64,000 nucleotides of DNA, from positions 1,464-65,463 of the forward strand of contig PEWR01000091.1 of assembly GCA_002779395.1 (NCBI GenBank). The letters are read 5' to 3'. The notes below the pieces were generated by a model that was not told the DNA's origin, did no database searches, and saw only the letters and a list, made by a program, of their open reading frames with translations. The stretch is from Ignavibacteriales bacterium CG07_land_8_20_14_0_80_59_12 (lineage in GTDB: Bacteria; Bacteroidota; Ignavibacteria; 0-14-0-80-59-12). Positions within the stretch are counted from its first letter, which is position 1. Each line of letters starts with the position of its first letter. The translations under genes and the position numbers were made by a program. Of this stretch, positions 57,108 through 64,000 are shown in pieces.

Positions 57108-58402
57108 AGGTGAAGGCTGTCGAACCCGAGAGCATTGCCGCCGAGCTGGGGATTCTGCCCGGGGACGAGATCCTTGAGATCAACGGTCGGAAAGTCGCCG
57201 ACGAGATCGACCTCAAGTTCCGCGAGAGCGAAGCGCTCATCGGAGCAAGAGTCTCGCGGCGCGGCGCGGTTACTCTCTTCGAGATCGAGAAGGAGCCGGA
57301 GGAGACTCTCGGAATCATCCCGGAGGAATCTGCGGTCATCCGCTGCGGCAGCGACTGCGTCTTCTGCTTCGTCGACCAGAACCCGAAGGGACTTCGGGAC
57401 GTCCTCTATGTCAGGGACGGCGACTATCGGCTTTCGTTCATGTACGGCAACTACACGACCCTGACGAACGCCGGGCCTGCGATACTCAGGCGCATCGCGG
57501 AGGAGCGCCTTTCTCCTATGTATGTGTCGGTCCATTCGACCGACCCCGCGGTGCGCAGACGCCTGATGCGTCTGAAGAAGGACGATCGGATTCTCGACAA
57601 AATGAAATTCCTCGCCGGGAACGGCATCAGGATGCACACGCAGATTGTCCTCTGTCCCGGTTTCAACGACGGTGACTCGCTTGAACGAACGGTGATGGAT
57701 CTCTGGGCGCTCCGCGAGTCCGTCATCTCGCTTGCAGTGGTTCCGGTCGGCCTCACGGAACACCGGGATAGGCTGGAGGGCCTGAGGAGGCCGTCGGAGG
57801 CCGAGGCCCGGAGGATTCTTCAAGAAACACAGGGATGGCAGCGTGTATTCCGGGCTGCATCGGGGAGGAATTTCGTCTATCCTTCGGACGAATTCTACCT
57901 CATGGCAGGTGAGAGGTTCCCGGGAGTTGATTTCTATGATGGATACCCGCAAATTGAGAACGGCGTGGGGATGGTGCGGTTGTTCCTTGACGAGTTCTCG
58001 CGCGCGTCGCGTCGATTCCCGAAGAGAATCCTGGCTCCGAGGTCGATGACCATCGCAACCGGGGAGCTCGCATCCGGGTTCATGAAGAATGTCGTCTTGA
58101 ATCGGCTCAACGGGATTGCAGGTCTCTCGGTGGATCTGGCGACGGTGCCGAACCGATTGTTCGGAAGGAGCGTGACTGTTGCCGGACTTCTCTCGGGGGA
58201 GAGTCTCTGCAAGGCTCTGAAGGGACGCGGCAAGAGCGACCTCACGCTGCTTCCCCCGGATGTCGTGAACGGCGAGGGACTCTTTCTCGACGATTGGACG
58301 CTCGCCGACCTGTCGCTCCGCCTCGGTGGGCGTGTGGAGGTCTTCGACGGTGACTGGAAGAATGTGTTTCGCTTGCTGATGATGGAAGGAGGAGAAGCAT
58401 GA
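57104..58402 (+). CDS. PDZ + DUF512 putative radical-SAM-like Fe-S protein
   Basis: CGSDCVFCF, DYRLSF..GNYTTLTN, VPVGLT and QIENGVG. Confidence 0.88.
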   Translation: MKVKAVEPESIAAELGILPGDEILEINGRKVADEIDLKFRESEALIGARVSRRGAVTLFEIEKEPEETLGIIPEESAVIRCGSDCVFCFVDQNPKGLRDVLYVRDGDYRLSFMYGNYTTLTNAGPAILRRIAEERLSPMYVSVHSTDPAVRRRLMRLKKDDRILDKMKFLAGNGIRMHTQIVLCPGFNDGDSLERTVMDLWALRESVISLAVVPVGLTEHRDRLEGLRRPSEAEARRILQETQGWQRVFRAASGRNFVYPSDEFYLMAGERFPGVDFYDGYPQIENGVGMVRLFLDEFSRASRRFPKRILAPRSMTIATGELASGFMKNVVLNRLNGIAGLSVDLATVPNRLFGRSVTVAGLLSGESLCKALKGRGKSDLTLLPPDVVNGEGLFLDDWTLADLSLRLGGRVEVFDGDWKNVFRLLMMEGGEA

Positions 58403-59190
58403 GGTCATTTGGGCGTGTCGCACTCGCGGTGCTGGTTTGTGTCGCGGCGCCGGTCGGCGCGCAGCACCTGCCGCACGCCTCAGCGGTGCTGGCGCACGGC
58501 TCAGCGGTGCTGGCGCACGCCTCAGCGGTGCTGGCGCACGCCTCGGCGGTGCTGGCGCCGGGCGCCTTCTTGCCGTCGAAAAGTCCCATGGGACTGCTCT
58601 CTTCCACGAACGTGGAGGAGGGTCAGGGGAGACGCTCGGTAGTCGGGGCTACGCTCATGTCTCTCGCCGTACCGGGCGCCGGGCAGTACTACGTGCAGGA
58701 TGAAGGGTCCGCCCTCGTCTTCCTCGGAGCTGAAGCGGTCTTGTGGTCGGGCTATGCGGCGGTCGACGGGTACGGGCGATGGACACAGTCCGCCGCGCGG
58801 GCGCATGCCGTGGAACACGCCGGTGTCCTCTCTGCAGGAAAAGACGATCAGTTCTTCGTCGATGTTGGCAATTACCTCAGTGTGTACGACTACAACGCTA
58901 AGAAGCTCCGGGATCGCCAGCTCTCGAAGGTGTATAATGCTGCTGCAGGATACGGGTGGCAGTGGGATTCAGACGCCTCGCGCGCAAAATACCGGACGAT
59001 GCGCATCAACGCCGATGCCGCCTTCAGCGCGACAAAGTTCGTGCTTGCAGGAGTCATCGTGAACCATGTCATCAGCGCTCTCCATGCCGGTCGGCAGGCA
59101 TCGCGATGGAAGGCTTCCATCTCGCCGACGGGTCTGAGGGGCGACGGAACGCCGGGCATCGTGCTGATTGTCGTTGTGACGCTTGACTGA
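58399..59190 (+). CDS. Hypothetical membrane/secreted protein with HASAVLA repeats
   Basis: Signal peptide; SLAVPGAGQYY motif; ATGA overlap with the previous gene. Confidence 0.7.
   Translation: MRSFGRVALAVLVCVAAPVGAQHLPHASAVLAHGSAVLAHASAVLAHASAVLAPGAFLPSKSPMGLLSSTNVEEGQGRRSVVGATLMSLAVPGAGQYYVQDEGSALVFLGAEAVLWSGYAAVDGYGRWTQSAARAHAVEHAGVLSAGKDDQFFVDVGNYLSVYDYNAKKLRDRQLSKVYNAAAGYGWQWDSDASRAKYRTMRINADAAFSATKFVLAGVIVNHVISALHAGRQASRWKASISPTGLRGDGTPGIVLIVVVTLD
58473..58556 (+). repeat. 4 x 21-bp in-frame tandem repeat
   Basis: GCACGCCTCAGCGGTGCTGGC x4 with single substitutions in copies 2 and 4. Confidence 0.92.
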
Positions 59191-59342
59191 GCAGCGCGAC
59201 CGACGCTCGCTGCGGATGTCATTGCGAGGTCCGCCGCTGCGGATCGAAGCCCGCCAAGGCGGGCGCCGTCCGTCTCGCTTCGCTCTTCCTTCCTCGCGAT
59301 GACACAAGGGGAAGGCTCAAATCACTCAGAAGCCGCTCCTCC

Positions 59343-60071
59343 ATGCGCAATTTCAAGCTCTTGATAGAATACGACGGAACCGATTTCGTCGGCTGGCAGG
59401 TGCAGCCGCGCGGTCGCACTGTGCAGGGAGTGATCCAGACGGCATTTTCCTCGATCGTGGGTCACGACGTGACGTTGATCGGCGCAGGTCGGACTGATGC
59501 GGGCGTCCATGCACGCGGCCAGGTGGCCCACGCGAAGCTCGAGACCCACCTTGATCCGCATACCATGCAAAAGGCGTTGAACGCGCGTCTCCCCGAAGAC
59601 GTAGCCGTCCACGACGTTGAAGAGGTCGACGCACATTTTCACGCACGATATAGCGCGAGGGAACGGATGTACCGATACTTCATCACACGCAGGCGCGAGG
59701 CGATTGGTCGCCGCACCGCGTGGTGCGTGAGGTACTCGCTCGACGTGAGCCTCCTCGGCAGAGCAGCGCCGGTAATCATCGGCACGCACGATTTCAGCTC
59801 TTTTGCGAGAGTCCAGGACGGCGAAGCAAACCGCCGGTGCACTGTCAGCAGCTCCCTGTGGTTCGAGGCTGATGGAAGACTTGTCTATGAGGTTCGGGCG
59901 GATAGGTTTCTCCGTGGCATGGTGCGTGCCCTCGTGGGAACAATGGTGAACATCGGCCGTGGCTACACGCCCCTCGATGCTTTTCGAGAAATCCTGGAGG
60001 CAAGAGATCGAAGGCGGGCCGGGATGTCTGCGCCGCCCCGCGGTCTCTTTCTTGAGGCCGTGGAGTACTGA
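59343..60071 (+). CDS. truA: tRNA pseudouridine synthase A
   Basis: YDGTDFVGWQ, GRTDAGVHA, FHARYSA and FLRGMVR. Confidence 0.95.
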   Translation: MRNFKLLIEYDGTDFVGWQVQPRGRTVQGVIQTAFSSIVGHDVTLIGAGRTDAGVHARGQVAHAKLETHLDPHTMQKALNARLPEDVAVHDVEEVDAHFHARYSARERMYRYFITRRREAIGRRTAWCVRYSLDVSLLGRAAPVIIGTHDFSSFARVQDGEANRRCTVSSSLWFEADGRLVYEVRADRFLRGMVRALVGTMVNIGRGYTPLDAFREILEARDRRRAGMSAPPRGLFLEAVEY

Positions 60072-60227
60072 AAAGAGGGTTGCTTTGCGGCGTTCCGTCG
60101 AGTAAATTAGATTGGATGAAGTCTTTATAGCGTTACGGCATGGAGTTTCTATCACGTTCCTCTTAGCGCCGGGCAGTCGCCCGGGTGATGTTTCGGGTTG
60201 CACAGATCAGCCGCGAGCCGATTGCTG

Positions 60228-61091
60228 ATGCTGGAGTGCCTTGTAATCGTCTCTCTTTCGCTGATGGCGGGAATCGTGGCCGGCTTTGCTCTCCGCCCGA
60301 TCGCAAGACTCCCGTTCCTGGGTCGCGCTTCAGGAGAAAGAAGTGGAGGTGAAGGGGCGGCAGGAGGTCGCTCCGAGGACGAGGTCTACCAGGAAGAGCT
60401 TCTCCGCGGCGTTCTTGACATGCGCGGGATGACGGTTCGGGAAATCATGGTCCCCCGGCCGGAAGTCTTCGCCGTCGACATCCACACGTCGCGGGACGAA
60501 CTTCTGGAGCTCCTCGCTGAGGAAGGGTATTCGCGTGTTCCCGTCTACGACGGGACCATCGACAATGTCCTTGGTGTGATCTACACAAAGGATCTCCTCG
60601 CGCTCCTTCAGCATCGGAACGTCATTGTCCTCGAGGACATCGTCCGTCCCGCGTATTTCGTCCCCGAGACTAAACGGCTCGGTGCGCTCCTGAGGGAGAT
60701 GCAAACTCAACACATCCACCTCGCCCTTGTGATCGATGAGTACGGTGGGGTGGAGGGGATCGTCACGCTCGAGGATATCCTCGAGGAAATCGTGGGCGAG
60801 ATCCGCGACGAATATGACGAGGAACCGGAAGAGATCATCGAAGCACAGGACGGCGGATTCCTCGTCGACGCACGGATGACCGTGCGGCGGCTCAATGAAC
60901 GATTTGGCGAGGTCGTCGCCGAATCCGACGGATATGATACCATTGCAGGATTCGTCGTGGAGCAGGCGGGGCGGATCCCCCGCGCCGGCGAGACGTTCCG
61001 CAGCGGACCGCTCCGTATCGCGGTCACGAGACGGTCTCAGACTGCGGTGAAACAGGTGAAGATCTGGATCGACTCTTCAATCCCGGAGTGA
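60228..61091 (+). CDS. CBS-pair/CorC transporter-associated protein (short N-terminal TM only)
   Basis: VREIMVPR, YSRVPVY and DEYGG..TLEDILEEIVGEIRDEYD; start uncertain. Confidence 0.85.
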   Translation: MLECLVIVSLSLMAGIVAGFALRPIARLPFLGRASGERSGGEGAAGGRSEDEVYQEELLRGVLDMRGMTVREIMVPRPEVFAVDIHTSRDELLELLAEEGYSRVPVYDGTIDNVLGVIYTKDLLALLQHRNVIVLEDIVRPAYFVPETKRLGALLREMQTQHIHLALVIDEYGGVEGIVTLEDILEEIVGEIRDEYDEEPEEIIEAQDGGFLVDARMTVRRLNERFGEVVAESDGYDTIAGFVVEQAGRIPRAGETFRSGPLRIAVTRRSQTAVKQVKIWIDSSIPE

Positions 61092-61346
61092 TCGCGTGGC
61101 ATTGCTTTCGTTGATAGCGGCTGTCATCCCCGTGCCGCGGAGGCGGAATGACTGGTGCCCTCCGTTCGTCGACCGCCACCTCTATGTACGCCTGGCGACG
61201 GAGCTCGCCTTCCGAAAACACCAGAGCCGGATTTGCGAGGAAGGGAGGCGAGAATCGTACCGGGGTGAGGTTGCCCGGTTGAGGGGTGAGATCCGGCGCC
61301 CCGTCGGCACGACGCCCCCAGATCCCGGCTGACAGGCGGAATCCGG

Positions 61347-62795
61347 ATGACAACCACACAGCGCGTCCTTCGCAATGCAAGCCTTCTCGGTGCCTCGCAA
61401 GTCCTCACGAAGTCCATTGTCTTCGTCAGCTACATGATCCTTGCCCGTCTCCTCGGGGACCTTGGCTTTGGCGAAATGAGCTTTGGGCTTTCTTACGGGG
61501 CTCTTTTCACCGTCTTGGCAAGTATGGGAATCGAAACAACGGTGATAAGGGACATCGCCCAGCAGCGGCACCCTGTCCAGCTTCTTGTCTCACGGGCCGT
61601 CACACTCCGGTTGCTCCTCACAGTCATCGCATTTGTCATCGCCATTGCAGGCAGCTTCATCTTCGGCTACTCTTCTCACCTGCGCATCGTCATCTTCCTC
61701 TTCGGTGTTGCCGTGATGCAGGACGCTTACGCCCGGCTTCTCTTCGGCGTCTTTCGCGCTCAACAGCAGATGCAGTACGAAGCGGTCATCAACCTGGTGA
61801 ACAAGGGAGCGGTGCTCGCCGGGCTCGTCCTCGCGCTCGCCCTTCACGCAGGTATCTACGCCGTGGGCATCACCTATATCGCTGCGAACTCAGTGCTGCT
61901 TCTCCTTGCGTTCATCGTTTTGAAGAGGCGCTTCGTGGTTCCCACTCTCCGCTGGGACGTACCAGGATGGAGGAGCCTTCTCCGTGAGTCGTTTCCGTTT
62001 GCCACGATCGTGGTGCTGGGGACGATAAGTTTCCGCATTGACACAGTGATGCTTGAGGCGATGAAGGGAGCCGTCGTGGTCGGCTGGTACGGTGCGCCGT
62101 ACCGCATTATCGAGATGCTCGGGTTCATCCCCGATGCGGTCGGCTCGGCTTTGATGCCTGCGGTGGCGTCGCTCTACGTGAACGAACGATGGAAAGTCGC
62201 CGGAGGTGTGCGCCAGAGCATCAGGTTCCTCGTCTTCATCGGGATCGGACTTGCCGCGGGAGGCTGCATGCTGAGCGGTGAACTCCTCGGGCTTGCGCTC
62301 GGCCCCGGTTTTGCACCGTCGGCTCCGGCATTCCAGATTCTCGTCTGGGCGATGGTGTTCATCTTCGTGGAGTTCATCACAATAACTACGATGACGGCGA
62401 TCCACCTGCAGAACCAGCTGATCCTCCTCTCGGCGGTCGGCGTCGCCGTGAACGTGTCGCTGAATTTCCTTTTGATTCCCCGCTATAGCCTCATGGGAGC
62501 AAGCGTGGTGACCGTGATCACGGAAGCGTTGAACGCCGGCCTCGGGCTCTACTTCATTTGCCGCTCCCTCCGCGAACGGCTTGTCTCAAGGGATCTTCTC
62601 GTCTATGTGGCTGCAGGTGGGGTGGCGTGTGCTGTCATGTACTGGCTGAAGGCGCCCGCTGGATGGGTTGCTGCGGGGGCTGCCGGGGCAGCCGTGTATG
62701 CGGCGGCCGCGTTTCTCCTGCGCGGCATACGGGACGAGGATGTGGCAGTCCTGAAGCAGTTCGTGAAGCGCCGGGACGGGGGCGTTGCGAAATGA
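61347..62795 (+). CDS. wzx: Wzx-type polysaccharide flippase
   Basis: Many TMs, LARLLG..FG, RIDTVML and LIPRYSLMGA. Confidence 0.88.
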   Translation: MTTTQRVLRNASLLGASQVLTKSIVFVSYMILARLLGDLGFGEMSFGLSYGALFTVLASMGIETTVIRDIAQQRHPVQLLVSRAVTLRLLLTVIAFVIAIAGSFIFGYSSHLRIVIFLFGVAVMQDAYARLLFGVFRAQQQMQYEAVINLVNKGAVLAGLVLALALHAGIYAVGITYIAANSVLLLLAFIVLKRRFVVPTLRWDVPGWRSLLRESFPFATIVVLGTISFRIDTVMLEAMKGAVVVGWYGAPYRIIEMLGFIPDAVGSALMPAVASLYVNERWKVAGGVRQSIRFLVFIGIGLAAGGCMLSGELLGLALGPGFAPSAPAFQILVWAMVFIFVEFITITTMTAIHLQNQLILLSAVGVAVNVSLNFLLIPRYSLMGASVVTVITEALNAGLGLYFICRSLRERLVSRDLLVYVAAGGVACAVMYWLKAPAGWVAAGAAGAAVYAAAAFLLRGIRDEDVAVLKQFVKRRDGGVAK

Positions 62796-63925
62796 AGATC
62801 AGTCTGTTCCGCGTCATCGACGAGGAACGCTGGTTCAGCCAGATCGTCTACGCTGACCGGCTCGCAGATGGGCTGCGGCGCATCCTCCCGGGCGGATGGG
62901 ATGCCACCGAGCGGTCCGTCCGCTACCGGTATCTCCTGCCGCCGGTGTCTCTGCGCGTGGGGAAACAGGAGCTTACAGCCCGCAAGGGCCAGCTCCTCGT
63001 TCTTCGCTATTACTATGGACTGAAGTCACGTTTCCTCCAAGGGGACCTGAATCACGTCGCGGACAACTCGTATGGACATCTCATTCATTTCATGGACCCC
63101 GCAAAGACGATTGTCACGTTTCACGGCGGCACACCGGTCACGTGGCGTCAGTGGCCGTACCGCGGCCCGGGGATGAAGTTCTTTGACTGGGCCTTTGCGG
63201 GGACTCTGAAGGCGGCCCGGATGATCGCGGTCAGCGAGTATTCAAAGAGGGAAATCACGGGAAGCTACGATTACAACCCGGACCGCATCCGCGTCGTCTA
63301 CCACGGGGTAGACGAACAGTACAGAGTCCTGCCGCGTGAAGAAAGAGAGGCCGCGCGCTCCAGATATCTTCCGGCAGGGAGTGAATACCTGCTGCTTCAC
63401 GTTGGCATGTGCATCGGAAGAAAGAACGTCGATCCGCTCCTCAGGGCGGTTGACATTCTATTGAGGGGAGGGCTGCGAGTCCATCTGCTGCAGGTCGGCG
63501 GTGAGTTTTCAGCAGAGCAGAAAGTCCTCATCGAGAAGCTGGAAATCGCAAGTGCGGTCACACAGATCAGTTCTCTCCCAAACGCAAGGCTCGTCGATGT
63601 CTACAATGCCGCCGACGTGTTTGTTTTCCCGTCCCTCTACGAAGGGTTTGGCATTCCGCTCATTGAAGCGATGGCTTGTGGGACCCCGGTCGTTTGCACC
63701 GACTATGAGCTGTTCCATGAGGTCTGCGGCGACGCTTGCGTCTACGCCGACACCAGGGAACCGCAGGAGCTTGCTGCGGCCGCTGGCGGCGTGCTGACTG
63801 ATGCGCTGCTCGTTCGCAAGTTGCGACGCCAGGGGACGGAGAGGGCGGCGCTTTTCTCGTGGGAAAGATGCGCTCGTGAGACGCTTGAGGTGTACACCGC
63901 CATGGCGGCCGAGCTGTACGGGTGA
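62792..63925 (+). CDS. GT4 glycosyltransferase
   Basis: AVSEYSK, RKNV and PSLYEGFGIPLIEAMACG; ATGA overlap with wzx. Confidence 0.92.
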   Translation: MKISLFRVIDEERWFSQIVYADRLADGLRRILPGGWDATERSVRYRYLLPPVSLRVGKQELTARKGQLLVLRYYYGLKSRFLQGDLNHVADNSYGHLIHFMDPAKTIVTFHGGTPVTWRQWPYRGPGMKFFDWAFAGTLKAARMIAVSEYSKREITGSYDYNPDRIRVVYHGVDEQYRVLPREEREAARSRYLPAGSEYLLLHVGMCIGRKNVDPLLRAVDILLRGGLRVHLLQVGGEFSAEQKVLIEKLEIASAVTQISSLPNARLVDVYNAADVFVFPSLYEGFGIPLIEAMACGTPVVCTDYELFHEVCGDACVYADTREPQELAAAAGGVLTDALLVRKLRRQGTERAALFSWERCARETLEVYTAMAAELYG

Positions 63926-63936
63926 GGAGAGGCCCC

Positions 63937-64000
63937 GTGAGGATAGCAGTCAACGGAGCGATCATCGGCGACAGGCCATCCGGACTCGGGTTTTTCGCAA
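63937..64000 (+). CDS. Probable glycosyltransferase, 5' end only (runs off window)
   Basis: GGAG RBS, GTG start, MRIAVNGAIIGDRPSGLG. Confidence 0.55.
   Translation, partial: MRIAVNGAIIGDRPSGLGFFA

Overview
This is a bacterial chromosomal window, most likely from an Ignavibacteria/Chlorobi-related member of the Bacteroidota (FCB) group. That call is inferred from a T9SS-type C-terminal domain, bshA, and the cmk-ispH-rpsA order. Positions ~1-11.5 kb form an accessory, visibly more AT-rich island at the 3' end of tRNA-Leu(CAA). It holds a secreted beta-propeller gene split by an in-frame TGA, then mrr-hsdM-hsdS-fic-(12-bp repeat array/coupled micro-ORF)-hsdR-ygjP-like. The rest is mostly housekeeping: lexA, a non-canonical EF-P, a K+ channel, pcrA, bshA, an rrf2-sod-sufCBDSU cluster, rpmB, purM, fumarases, folP-dacA-pcm-miaA, der-upp-relA, cmk-ispH-rpsA-mtaB, truA, and the start of a wzx/GT4 polysaccharide locus. 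Several deletion scars are missed by the ORF track (hbd/ackA, iscA/sufA, an SDR). No CRISPR array, rRNA, integrase or transposase was seen. All calls come from motif recognition by eye; no searches were run.
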